A DNA stretch of 64,000 nucleotides from Eledone cirrhosa (GCA_964016885.1 OZ024745.1:50778001-50842000); one strand, 5' to 3'; positions 38,004-51,696 are shown, counted from the first letter of the stretch. Notes: generated by a model not told the origin, from the sequence alone. A program made the numbers and translations.

Positions 38004-40300
38004 CATATCTATCTATCTATCTATATTTAACTGCCAGTCTGTTTGTCTGCCAGCATGCCTGTCTATCTCTCTATCACTCTTTTTGCCTATCTGTATCTCT
38101 TTCAGTTTATTTATCTCTAGATGTATTTATTTATCTATCTACTCGCCAAGATATATGACTGAGTACCTCTCTGATTGTTTGTCTGTATAAACTATTCATT
38201 CAAGATTTTCTTCCTTTCTCTTCACTAAGATATACGATCCTTGAACTGGGACAATCGGAATTTGGTTAAGACAAATTGTCGATTTTATCCGCTGATCAGG
38301 TCAAAGGGTCACACAACACACACGCAAGCATAAAATCACTCTGTGCAACTACTTAGAATTCCGCATACTACAAACGGAGCAACATATAAACCGATTCATT
38401 CAAACCTCACATTCGTTAACACCGGTTGAAACCAGACACTTATTTGTCTGTCTCACCCAATCTTATTTACTGCCTCTATCTCACTCAAATACGTACAAAC
38501 ACACACCCTCTCTCTTTCTCTCTCCCCTCTCTCTTTGTTAATCTGTGCACCCATATACATTTACAAATAAATGTCCGTATATGAGTGTAAATGTATACTC
38601 TTTTACTCTTTTACCTGTTCCAGCCATCCGGCTGAGGTCATGTATATGTGTGTATGAGAGTGTGTGTGTGTGAGTGGTTCAGTTACGCCCACGTTAAACT
38701 AACAATGGCACGACATAAGAATGAAGCTTCATGCGAGATATTTTCACGTTTGAGAAGAAATTAATTCGATAACTACTTCCTGGGCCTGTCACACAATAGA
38801 AATCTCCATCTCTCGTAGTCTCTTATGACTGAAATATTTTCCAAGTACATTTTTACAAGAAATCCACATATCCATACATGCGCCCATCCACTTATACACA
38901 TGCACCCACCCACATACGCACACGCAAACACACAGCATTTGCATTAACAATTTGCCTTCTTTATGCATTACCAGTAGTTTCGTACTCGTCTACTGCCTTC
39001 AGATACACTTAACTGAGTGAAGAACAATATGGAGAATACCATTCAGGGGGATGTTTTTCAACGTTTCCAGATCACGTGATGATGTTGGTTAGTCATCGAT
39101 ACCAATTCAATAGACACGTGGTGACAAATGGATGACGAGCAACTTAACGACATTATAGTTGACGTTATGTCTGGCAGGTGTCACTGCACGAGCTAATGTT
39201 CATTTAGTTTATATGATGTTGGTACCGGTGTCCTTTTGGTAAGTCTGAAGTTATACAAGGCAAACATGACCATGCGTGTGAATAGGAGGATTGTGATGAC
39301 CAAGTAGAAAGAGAGGCGAGTAAGAATAAACGTGGCAGGATAAACAGTGATAGGTGGTTGGTAGGATGTTAAAGAGATAACAGTATGAGCAGAGTGAAGA
39401 GATAGCAATAAAAATCAGTTATGGTAAAGGAAAGCAATGGAGAGGAGTGATGGTGAAAGTGTTAGGTATCAATAAAGAGTCTTGCGGATGAGGGAATATG
39501 ATGGTCAGCGTCAGAAGGTGAGGAAGAGAAGATCACTGCTTAAATATGCACCTCGATCGTTTCAATCGTTCCTCTTTCGAAGCGAAATTCGTGCTGAAAA
39601 AATGCTCTAGACCAGACTAATTTTTTCGACCTTTCAAATTAACCTGTTTCTTCATCTAACTTTTTTCTAACCTTTTTCTTCTTAGAGTTAGCTCCCTTTA
39701 TATTTATAAAATTTAAATTATTTATCTAATTATAGTGTAGTTTCAGGATCACCTTCCCTTAGAACTCTCCTACTCTATCAGAACCTCACCGGAAGTACTC
39801 CATCACAATATGGCAGGATGAATGTGTTGGGGTAGAAACCCAACGAAACTTATATGTCACTGTTGAATCTGATTATAAATAATTCGTGTTACTGATTGAG
39901 TGTTCATAACCCACGGATATTATACCAAGTTTGTGTATGAATGCATGTGTATGCCATGGCGGACTGGCCAGGTTGCCAGGTTGGCCAATGGCAAGTGGGC
40001 CCCATGGGGTCCACGGTGGCATTGCAAGAGCCCACAGTAGTATTGCAGGGCCCACTGTAATATTTTAGGGGCTAATGTTTTGCTTTAAAAAAACACCTGA
40101 AATCTAAGAGAAAGAATAAATAAATAAATAAATAAAACAATTAAGCAAAGCATTTGGTCAAACAATTCCCCATGGAATTATTAGAAACCAAAATATAGTG
40201 CAAATAGCTGCAATCAGTGGTTATACATTCTACTAAATCTAAAGCTTACTTTATATATATATATATGAAAACATATATATATACACACACACACACACAC

Positions 40301-40375
<75 letters not shown>

Positions 40376-40379
<4 letters not shown>

Positions 40380-40985
40380 CCAATGAAGGCTGGAAGATCA
40401 CTGATGAGGGACTAATTTTATTCATATGTAACCCATTTGCAACCACGCAGCACGCCATTTTTTCATATATTTATATATTTTCCTCCGCTGTGACCCGTCT
40501 GTTTCTTTCTTACTGCTTCCCCTTTCTCTGTATCTCTAACTTTCTTTTTACCCCCTCTGCCAGTCAGTCTCTCAGTTAGCCTCTTCCTCACACTTTCACT
40601 CACTCACTCTCTGCTACTCCCTCTCCATTAATTCCTCCCGTTTGACCTGTGCGAAATCCTTTCCTCACTCACATTTCAACCAGGTTGGATGGTCTTTTTT
40701 TCTCTCGTTTACGATTTCACAGAACTTATGTTCATCGATTTCAGGGACTTGACTCCTACTTCCTCACTTTTCATTGCATTACCATCTTTGTTTGTTTGTT
40801 TACTGTCTCGCTCGTTCCCCCTATTTACGTGTCCCAACGACTTTCTTTAGCCGTTGATCAAACCAACCAGAGGTATATGATCTTTAAAGCAATCAAATAC
40901 TAATGAAGGCTGGAAGATCACTGATGAAGGACTAATTTTATTCATATGTAACCCATTTGCAACCACGCAGCACGCCATTTTTTCA
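40376..40985 (+). mobile_element. Retrozyme-like element: 520-nt unit with about 90-nt terminal direct repeat, in (TA)n, with rearranged hammerhead (GAAA box decayed)
   Basis: 40376-40465 repeats at 40896-40985; non-coding; homologous to 56058-56638; ggta TA tgatctt..atc AAA tac..aagatca CTGATGA. Confidence 0.75.
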
Positions 40986-41067
40986 CACATATATATATAT
41001 ATATGTCTCAAGGCTCTGATACCATCAACACTATACACGCAGAGCTGGCATATATAAGAACTGACTA

Positions 41068-41123
41068 ACTGCCTGATGAGGTCATAGCCATTCAATGGCT
41101 ATCATCGAAATATATATAGCAGT
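41068..41123 (+). ncRNA. Minimal type I hammerhead ribozyme, intact core
   Basis: actgc CTGATGA ggtc atagccat tca atggctat catc GAAA tatata TA gcagt, in a 165-bp segment between (TA)n tracts. Confidence 0.88.
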
Positions 41124-41164
41124 AAATAAAGGATTATGAGTTCATGCAATTGACTTATGTTTCG

Positions 41165-41203
<39 letters not shown>

Positions 41204-41230
41204 CGTGTGTAAGTATATATATAATATATA

Positions 41231-41266
<36 letters not shown>

Positions 41267-41357
41267 TATATACTTACACACGAACTACTGATCAAATAAT
41301 ATTTTGTATCAATGGGTTAAAGACATCTGTCAAATAAATTAGTGGTGAAGTTGGTGT

Positions 41358-41389
<32 letters not shown>

Positions 41390-41625
41390 TGAGGGAGTGT
41401 GAAAGACCAAATATCATTATTGAAAGTCTCTGGATTTCGTAAAATACATAATAATTTTTATTGGAGAAGGTAAGATATTTTCCCACAAAAATTTGATTGC
41501 ACTGTTTTGTTTCTACTTATGTATTTTTTGAAAATGTTATTTATTCATTATAAAAATTAAATGATAGCATTCTATATTTAAGTGGGCCCCCTTCATCTGG
41601 TAACCAATATTCTTAGACCTAGACC

Positions 41626-41629
<4 letters not shown>

Positions 41630-41717
<88 letters not shown>

Positions 41718-41742
41718 ATATATATATATATATATATATATA

Positions 41743-41779
<37 letters not shown>

Positions 41780-41795
41780 ATATATATATATATAT

Positions 41796-41828
<33 letters not shown>

Positions 41829-41853
41829 TATATATATATATATATATATATAT

Positions 41854-41886
<33 letters not shown>

Positions 41887-42015
41887 TATATATATATATA
41901 TATATATATATAGATATATATATATATATATATATATATATCTATATATATATATATATAGATATATATATATATATATATATATATAGATATATATATA
42001 TATATATATATATAT

Positions 42016-42084
<69 letters not shown>

Positions 42085-42136
42085 TATATATATATATATA
42101 TATATATATCTATATATATATATATATATATATATA

Positions 42137-42169
<33 letters not shown>

Positions 42170-42190
42170 ATGTATATATATATATATATA
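41630..42190. repeat. Compound (CT)n-(TA)n-(GA)n microsatellite
   Basis: Direct reading. Confidence 0.95.
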
Positions 42191-42287
42191 TAATGCCAAT
42201 CATTGTAAGTTTGAATCTAACTGACATGCAAAAGCATATATATAAGAATAAGGTACCCCAAATCATAGTAGACTCAAATATCGCAAA

Positions 42288-42334
<47 letters not shown>

Positions 42335-42440
42335 GTAAATGAGGTGCAAGAGAAATGAAATATGGATTATAAGTTAAAATATAGTCTAGATAGATGTGAA
42401 ACAAAACGAGGATGTAGTTTATGGAACACCCAAATGATTT

Positions 42441-42878
42441 AGAAGTCGACCTTAAGTAGGAGGAATAACATTAAGAAAGACACGAATGACACAACAACAT
42501 TTTGTTTTAAAAATTTTGAAAGTAGTTATGAATTTTCATAAAATGTTCGTAGTTGTCTGTATGGCCTAGTGGTAGGTACTAGAGACGGTGGAGATCTTGG
42601 CCTTGGGTTCAATCCTGATCAAGAGGTACATGTAACCTTTATCAGTTTTTATTTTACAACCCATATAAAAAAAAGTGAAATGATATACCGGGAACACTAC
42701 TTCCTACCAGGATCGAACTTCAGACCAGGATCACCACCGTCTATGATTCCTCCAACTAGGCCACCGAGACAGCTACAAAAGTAAAATGAAAATTAATAAT
42801 TATAAACCTACTTTCAAAATCAAAGTTGAAAAGATGTAGTGTCGTTCATGGCTTTCATAATATTTAGGGTCGACTTCT
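42441..42878. mobile_element. Fold-back element with two convergent tRNA-like heads
   Basis: Ends agaagtcgacc / ggtcgacttct; TGGCCTAGT(G/T)G A-box and GTTC(A/G)ATCC B-box on + (about 42563-42620) and on - (about 42700-42763). Confidence 0.65.
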
Positions 42879-43794
42879 GGTCATTATTGAAAGTCTCTGG
42901 ATTTCGCAAAATACATAATATTTTTATTGAAGAAGGTAAGATATTTTCCCGCAACAAATTGATTGCACTGTTTTGTTTCCACTTATGTATTTTTCGAAAA
43001 TGTTATTTATTCATTATAAAAATTAAATGATAGCATTCTATATGTAGGTGGGCCCCCTTCATCTCCTGGCAACCAATAATTTTAGACCCAGTCCGCCACT
43101 GTATGTATGTATGTATGTATGTATGTATGTATGTATGTATGTATGTATGTATGTATGTATGTATGTATGTATGTATGGATGGATGGATGGATGGATGGAT
43201 GCGTTGATGTGCATGTGTGTCGTGTTTGTCCGTGCTTGAGCTTGCGCTTACAGTTTGTTTATGTCCCGCAACTTAGCGGTTCGACAAATAGAGACTGATA
43301 AAAGAAATATCAGTTTACGAAAATGAAAACGTTTCTTTGTGTTGTCATAAAGGTATATGGTCAGGTTGGGCTAGAAATCACTGGTCTGAAAAATATGGAA
43401 GCTTAAATATTGTTTGTTTTTCAACTAGACGAAACATTTTCTAAATTTTATGTCAATCATTATTATGTACATTCATAAAAAGGGAAATAAAATATCATCT
43501 GCATATATCTAACTAAAATAATATTTTGTATGTTTGTCGCTCTCATATTTAACCGGGACTTTGAAAAATAATTTGACCTGCTTTTCACCCCTGCGCCATT
43601 TCAGAACAATTTTAGGTAGCTCTGACAAGAATTATATAATGTGATTCATATATATTGACAATATTAAAAAAGTCACTAATACTGTCTACACTGACGCTTG
43701 TAACATTTTTTGTTTTACTTTTATATCACCCGGATACATAATTCAAATAAATGTATATATTCATACGTCTGTTTAGTACACTTACACTTATCAT

Positions 43795-44040
43795 GAAGGC
43801 ATGTAGCTTATAGTCTAGTGTGTTCAGCTTACAGTCATACTATCGACAGTTCGATTCTCGGCGGCGTGTTGCTTCCTTGAGAAGGGCATTTTATTTTGCA
43901 GTGCCCCAGTCTAATCAGCTAGTAAAAAATTAAAAGAGATAACCTTGTCACTCATTGTGTCATACTGAATCTCTTTGCGAACTACTTTAAGAGTACACGT
44001 GTCTGTGAAATGCTCAGCGACTTACGCGTCAGATTCACGA
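43795..44040 (+). mobile_element. tRNA-derived CORE-type SINE, diverged
   Basis: Homologous to 60115-60441. Confidence 0.7.
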
Positions 44041-44049
44041 TAGCGTCAA

Positions 44050-44330
44050 ATTTAGGAAGAAGAACATTAAGGGTAAGGATTTCAGGTGTCCCAACGGAGT
44101 TGGATATTTGGGGGATCCTGGAATATGTTGCACAGGAGGGGAGCGACACACTCCCGGACGTAAAAACCCCCAGAAAAACTCGTCAATAGAAATGGTTTGG
44201 AATCAATTTAGAGATCACGCCTCAGATAGAGCTAGAAAACCTGGGTAAGATTCCAGACCTTATTCGAAGGCCGGATCAAGTGGAGCAGCGTGTCGTAGTG
44301 GTGTGCAGAAAACCTCAGATGCCAACTAAT
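44050..44330 (+). pseudogene. L1/Tx1 ORF1-like fragment
   Basis: GRRTLRVRISGVPTE..WFG..KIPDLI..RVVVVCRKP resembles ORF1 region upstream of the zinc knuckle; contains a stop. Confidence 0.45.
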
Positions 44331-46486
44331 TAAGAGCCTTTTGTCCTCAACAAAAATCAGAGACTACAGACCTCCTGCTGGACAACAGGAATAACAGCAA
44401 CAGCAACACTAACGACTGCAGCAGCAACGCTAACAAAACGTATCAGCCAATCAACAAGAAGAAAAAACCCATCAAATTACACCAGGAACTCCTGTCCCCT
44501 TTCTCTCACTCTCTTTTTCTCCATATCTATTTCTATCCATTTATTTTTCTATATCTCCCTCTTTCAAACGCAAACACTCACACAGGCACACGTTCAAACC
44601 TATCCCGCCCCCATTCGAATCCGACTTATCTGACAAAGAAATCTTCCATCTCGCTGCAAAGGTGAAATAGACTCCTTCAATACAAAAATAAAGAGACAAC
44701 AGAAATGTGACCCAACCCCAACAAAAAAGCCCACATTCTTGAAAACTTAAATCCACGCGAAATTTATTTTGTACAAGCTTAAGACCTCCATATAACGCTG
44801 TCCGAAATTAATAGTTGAAAACTAATTGAATTATATATCAAATGCTCTTTAAAAATCCATGAACTACATTGTTTTCCTATTTATAAATATCTATAAATCG
44901 AGTAATATGAGTTCAGTTTGTTATGAAACCATTTGAACTAAGCCAACAAGTGATACTTTACGCAGTCTTTCAGCCTGCTAGAAACAGCAATGAACTTGCA
45001 CTCGTATCATACACACCGGGCCTCTTTTAAAAAGGAGCAAAATAGGCAATATAGTCATAGACAAACGAAACGATGGTATGTTTACGATTTAAACGCTATT
45101 GATCATAGGTGTGATTAATCAGAGCAGATCAGTGGCTAAATAACAAGCCATTCATCAACATGGACACAATTTTTAAAAAGCGGCAAAACACCCAAGTTGT
45201 TATATTAGATTAAAAGGATAAGGATAAAGATAACATAACTCCTTGTGGAGTTGTAGAGGCACCGTCATACAGCGTGTCTAGGGCACTTTTAAACCTGGCA
45301 GAGCCCAACCCGCTCCGGGTCTGAACACAGCCGATATTTTCTATAGCGGAAGAATCGACCCCAGTACTGGACTGCTACTTTTTTTTTATCGACAAGGATA
45401 AAAAGAAAAGTTGATCCGGGCAGGATTTGAAATCAAAGCGACTCAAAGCGACTCAAAACGACTCGGCCAATTTGCCGCCTTATATACTAGATTACATATT
45501 CATAAATCACCACGTTTCTATTGCATGTTTTTCATTGTTTCTTTGGTCAGGTCATTTTGTTCTAGCTGTAGGAAATATCGTCTCCGACTATACTTACAAA
45601 ATAGAGTGGCTCCCTACTCAGGAAAACACTACTGGAATCTAGGATCCAAACACCAGTTTTATGAGCCAACATGGCTTGTGAAGAAATTATTCCTAAAAAA
45701 AACCCACACACAGAAAAGCAAAGCAAGAAATAGCAACAACGAAAGCACGCCTTAACACTTATAACCTCTTGTAATTGTATACAAAAAACATAAAAACTGA
45801 GGGACACGAACAAATACACACTCAATCTTTTTTTTAGGAATGTAGATTTTATCATTTTAACATGAATGTTCATTCACTTGTTTTTCTTTTATTCATTCTT
45901 TCTATCTCTTTGTTTCTATTTTCTCACAAATACCACCCCCACGTACACATATGTACACACACATACACCTTGCAAACAAAAATATCAACGTATATAGTAT
46001 ATTGTTCTTAGCACTTCAAAGGGGAACAGCCAAATTACTTAACGAAGCACTGCTTTCAGGTCAATAGTCACTTGAGATGTGACGTAAAGCATTTTGTTCC
46101 CCCAAAGTGTTTTAATAATGATAATGATAATAATATGAAGAAGAAGAAGATGAAGATGATGAAGAAGAAGAATCCTAAAAATATAAACATCTGAATGACC
46201 AGGTTCTTAGCCCGATTCTTCCATGTCATTAGCAAGTTACTTTATTATATTTTAAGAATGTCATTAAACAAAAATAGAAATGCCAAGAGCAATGAAGTAG
46301 TGAAATATCTCATTTAAGATCCTAATAATCTGATTCAATCAGATGCAAATGGGTATGTAATATTTAAGTTGATGGTGAGCACCGTAGAGTGGTTGCAAAC
46401 ACTGGTGAAATAATTTCACTGCACTTATGCCACTTGTTGGGAGGGGCGTTGAGAAAACAGCGAGCTATCAAATGCTGAAAGCTTAA

Positions 46487-46665
46487 AAATAATTGTTTCT
46501 ACTTTTGGCACAAGGCCAGCAATTACCCAGTATATTACTGGTACTTTATTTTATCGACCTCGTAAGGATGAAAGGCAAAGTTAACCTCGGCGGGATTTGA
46601 ACTCAGATCGCAAAGGGACGTAACTATGCTGGAAAGCATGTCCGACCCTCTACCGATACTGCCAA
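46487..46665 (-). mobile_element. Meta-domain SINE
   Basis: Family sequence. Confidence 0.85.
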
Positions 46666-47901
46666 TATAATGTTGTGTGGTCATAATATAACGCGACCCT
46701 ATAACAGCATACACAGAATGAATATTGTCATGCGTGGGCAAATTCATGGTAGAAGAGATGTAAAAAGACCACATAAGGAGATGATTGGGTAACATCAAGG
46801 AAAGACTTAAAGAAAGAAATCCTTTTATCTGACTCATCTTATTTTTGTGAAATTAGAATGCATAAATACTGGCTAATTAGAGTCCAGTGTTGTAAAACCT
46901 TACTGTGCTGCATATTACATGAACGATTTATTTGTTTACTATACTAAATTTAATTTCTCTGTGGATAAAGGAACACTCTTTCACACGTTCTTAGCTAAAA
47001 CACGCAAAAAAGTGAACTTAATATTAATAGAGTTACACTACTTCACAACTAGAGTTGAAACACTGTAAGCAAGAACTAGATATTTTTCAGTGCCTACTAA
47101 GATACCTAATGTGTCCAGTTATGGGATTCATGCTGCATACTTTTGACTGAAATTTCGACAAAATTTTGTTTCGACGTAACTCTAGTTTGTTAATTTGTTA
47201 GATTGAAAGAAAAACGTCGATAAACTTGACCAAATCTCATATTTTAAAAATTAACATTAGTTGTTATGATTCTTCACGCGTTTTACGAAAGAAAAGAAAA
47301 TCCCTGATCAAACGAAGATTAGGAAAATTTTCAGTAGAACGAGAGCAGCAGATTTAATATTTGTGTGTATGGTGGAAGGGGTGCTTTGATATGTCATATT
47401 AAAGAAAATCGTTACTGTATTTATATTGCCTTAAATAGGCAGCAACTGGTACGAAAAAAAAAAGAGCACAAATTTGATATTTCAGTGAATAAATATCGTA
47501 CGAACTTCGTAAAAAAAAAATATTGCTTTGTAATTTAAAACCCTTGAAAAGCCAAGGTTTTATATATCAAAGAGAGAAAATGGATGTGATTTCTGTTGTA
47601 TTTAAAAAAAATGTTCTTTAATTAAAAGTAAATAGCCAATCCCTTTGATTATTGCGGAAAAATTATACTTATCTTTTAAAAATAAAACGTATATTTTGAT
47701 AAACACTTTTTTGTTTTGTTTAGTTTTTATCTTCGTTTTATAAAAAGAAATGAGATTTGAAATCGCCTGCCTTCGACGTTACACTAACCAAATCATTTAA
47801 TACCAGCTTTATCCTAAAAAGCACACAACTTATCACAGACAACGCACACATAGGCATGAATGTGTACGTTGTAAATTCAAGCATATATGTATGTATGTAT
47901 G

Positions 47902-48510
47902 TCAGGTCACCAGTTGGTGCTACTGGTAACATGTATCCCAGTACAACCTCTCTCATGCTCGGGTCGTTGGCGACTAAACTGGCAACCCCACCAAGGTTTC
48001 TTGGTGAGGAGGGGGACTTTGGACATCCTGCAGGACTAAAAACAAAACGTGTCAAAGGGCAAAGGAGCTCTTAAGAGTCAATTGCCATCCAAAATCACCG
48101 GGAGAGATGACCCCTTAGCCTTTGTCAAGGCAGAATTCTAGGAGAAGGAAAACTCTGATATAACACCTGCAGCCCTGATGGTATCCAATGATGTTGACTT
48201 GTTCTTCTTTTTGGTAAATATCATCTTGGTTAAGAGAGTGGGACTGGCTTTGTGCAGTGCCTTTGATCACTGTAAAAGCTTCACGGCACAGGCATTACTT
48301 TATATCTGGAGATCTCTCCGTACTTGTCGTCACATGGTACCATGGGACCAGCACTATGTGTCAATAATTGTCACAAGTGTAGTGTTTGTACCAGAGTTTT
48401 CAAGTCGCTGGCTGGACTAAAAAGTCACACTCGTTCAGCGAATCGGTAGGGGTTCTCCTACATGGATATAAAGTAGTGGCCGTACTCGAAAACGAGTTGG
48501 CAGCCACCAT
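47902..48510 (+). mobile_element. RTE/RTE-X-like 5' UTR fragment in (TATG)n
   Basis: Motif AGGCA..TCTAGGAGAAGGAAAACTCTGA recalled from RTE-type 5' UTRs; (TATG)n on both flanks. Confidence 0.4.
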
Positions 48511-48511
48511 G

Positions 48512-48542
<31 letters not shown>

Positions 48543-48610
48543 TCCCCGTGGGACAGAAAATAATTGACCAGCAGCCACAACAGAGAATTATCTTTATCAT
48601 TATCGTTGGA

Positions 48611-48835
48611 AGGGCGGTGAATTGGCAGTATCGATAGAGGGTCGGACACCATGCTTTGCAGCATAGAATTACGGCCCTTTATGATCTGAGTTCAAATCCT
48701 GCCGATATTAACTTTGCCTTTCATCCTTACTGGGGTGATAAAATAAAGTACCAGTCTCGTACTGGGGGTCGATTTAATCGACTTTCGCCTCCTTCAAAAT
48801 TGCTGGCGATTTTGTGTTTGGATACCAACATTTTC
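48611..48835 (+). mobile_element. Meta-domain SINE
   Basis: Family sequence. Confidence 0.88.
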
Positions 48836-50306
48836 AAATATTCAAATTTCAAATTTCTCCAATACTCTAACGTCAACTAGTCTACACACATACACCCCCA
48901 CGCGACTAGTGTCCAGTACTTTTTTCAACGGAATAGTCTATTCGTAAAATTAACTTACAAGTATTGCTAGATCGTCGTAACTAAATGCTGGACAGCATTT
49001 AGTCACGACTTTCTTTGTTCTGAGTTGATATCCAACCAATGTCAAAATTGCACTTCCTCTTTCCGGGGGACGATGAAATAAAGTACCAGTTATATACTGA
49101 GGTCGATATAATCGACATTTCATTCACCACAAATTTCTGGCCCTGTGGAAACCTTAAAAAAAGAAAATGTACAAATAGCGGAATATTCCACAGTCCCATT
49201 TACACTTAATCGATTCAGCATGGTACAGAGTGTAACAACTCGTTTTTGTCAGCAGTGAACACACACACACACACACACACAACACACACATATACATTTG
49301 TTGTGTGTTGTGTGCTTGTTATATCTTATTGAATGTATGAGTGATACCAAATGTGTTGTTGTGAAGACATGGTGGCTGTTTGGTTGAAGTATAGATGAAG
49401 TTAATTTGGGTAAATTAGGTTATACCCAGGAACATGGGGTTAGCATGTTGAGAAAATATTCAGCAAAATTACATTCATACCCACTCAATTTAGATTTGGA
49501 CAGAAACTGGATATAAAAATATATAAGCATCTATCATATAAAACAAAGTCATTTATATGTCAAATATGAAATTCAAATCTTTGGGTGGTTTGTTGAAATC
49601 ACTAGGTAAACAACAAAATTATAGATATACTGCTTAGTGATTGTTTATATGTGCGTCTATATGTGCGATCAAGTGTATCTGTCTATACAGGAGAATAATC
49701 GTTAAGAGGGGGCAGAAATATATCTATCGACACCAATTCTATAGAAGGTCGTGATAACATGCCAGAGAGAACATACATACACACCCACAAACCCTAATAT
49801 ACTTTCTCGATAAATATATTTATTTAATATATATATAAACGAATATGTTTAGAAACGGTGACCAAAACTTTAAATTTATGAGAAAGTTCAGATTCATCGA
49901 ATAGTCTAAATAATATCATGAAGCGTTCACGCTCTCATATATCTACATATATATAAAACTGCAGTTGTCTGTGTGTGTATCCTCATTTTTGCAAAGTCTA
50001 TACAAATCCACATTCCTACTCCTATTGACTTCAAACTTGCATTTATATATTCCTTAACTGCAGCTTTTATTTTTCAATTTACTGTTGTTAAAAAGGTGTT
50101 AGGCGCCGGTTATCCATCTCCATCGCGCTCTTATAATATCTGTCTGTATGCCTGGCTGTCTGCATAACGACATTATGACCAAACGTCATTGCTGACGTAT
50201 TATGTTCGCCACGTTCACACACACTCACACACACACACATATACATATATATACATATACATACAATATATTAACAAATGGAATCTATATTTATAAAACC
50301 ATATTT

Positions 50307-50370
50307 ATTTCATTATACATATTTCAAGGGCCACCAGAGCAAACTATGGTGCGCTTTCATCAGATAAAAT
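50307..50370 (-). ncRNA. Minimal type I hammerhead ribozyme, intact core
   Basis: attttat CTGATGA aagc gcacca..tggtgg ccctt GAAA tatgta TA atgaaat; lies within an inverted-repeat element (50261-50299 / 50450-50487). Confidence 0.8.
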
Positions 50371-50572
50371 ATAATATAGGTTAGTTTTATAAATAAATAT
50401 TGACATACCCTTAAAAAAAGCAACCATTCTGGTTGGAATCTCCTGAATAGTTTATAAATATAGTTTCCATTTGTTAATATATTGTATATTTACTCCAATA
50501 ATTTGTTGAGTGCTTTATATCAGTTATAAAAATATTTTGCTTGTTTTATCCCAACAAATTAAATATAACCTC

Positions 50573-50604
<32 letters not shown>

Positions 50605-50789
50605 TATACACATATGTACATATACACACGCATATATACATACATACATATACAAACACATATACACACATATATATATATACACATATACTTATATATA
50701 AATATACACATAGAAATATATCTATCTATCTAGTGCGGGTAAAATAACCGAGATCCATGGATGAGTTCTTTCCAGCGTGGGTTTTGGCC

Positions 50790-51520
50790 GTGTAAAAAAG
50801 GTTATAACAAGATAGAAATATAAAAAAAAAAAAAAAATTCCGCCATAGGCATAGGGAAGAAACTTCCGAGGGTCACTCGTGGCGAAAACCACACAAAAGA
50901 CCCGGCCACCTTGACCACCAGAGCAAGCGCCCTCTCTGTTTTCCACTCCCCAGTCTACAGGCACATAATCAGAGCGGGCCCGGTCAAGCGCCGGAAATGT
51001 CCAGATGCTCGGCACCGCTCTCAAGAAATATGAAGCAGTGACAGGAGCAAAGTTAAACCAGGAAAAGTCGGTGGGCTTGCAGCTCGGCACCCGGAGAGGC
51101 AAGTCCATGCCGCCCGACAGCGTCGTGGGGCGCTGGACGGAAGGACCGGTTAAATTGCTCGGGGTCTGGTTCGGTCAGTACCTCCAGATGGAGAAAAACT
51201 GGAGCGAGGTGACGAATAGGGTGGCCTCTCTCACCCAGAAATGGGCCGAGAGAAAACTATCCCTGAAAGGTCGGGCAGAGGTGGCGAATGCGTTCATCGC
51301 ATCCGCCATCTGCTACCGCCTAACCCTTGTGCCTTGCCCCGGCCCAACTTTGACAAAAATGGAGCGCCTCCTTTTCCGCTTTTTATGGAAGGGACGTGCT
51401 CCCATGGTCAGACGCTCCATCTGCTGTCAATACCCGTTGCGTGGAGGGCTGGGCATGCCGTGGCTGATGATGCGCAAACACGCGCTTTGGCTGCGACATC
51501 TCTGGTGCTTCCTTGACGGT
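50790..51520. mobile_element. L1/Tx1 fragment with inversion: 3' UTR on - (50790-50982), RT fragment on + (50983-51520)
   Basis: ORF 51005.. matches ORF2 at 35523; the left part matches 23505-23710. Confidence 0.8.
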
Positions 51521-51696
51521 GCAAAAATGAGGACATACACACACACAGACAACTTCACTTTTATATGTATGTATAGATATACATACATATACAAACACAT
51601 ATGCACGTATACATATATATATATAAATATACACATATACATATACATAAATATACATATATATGAATATACACATAAAAATATATCTATCTATCT

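Larger units (their letters stand above)
39955..41631. mobile_element. hAT-like non-autonomous element with nested insertions; right end duplicated at 42881-43101
   Basis: Left end tggcggactgg matches right ends agaccgccact (41631) and ccagtccgccactg (43101); 41414-41631 resembles 42881-43101. Confidence 0.6.
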
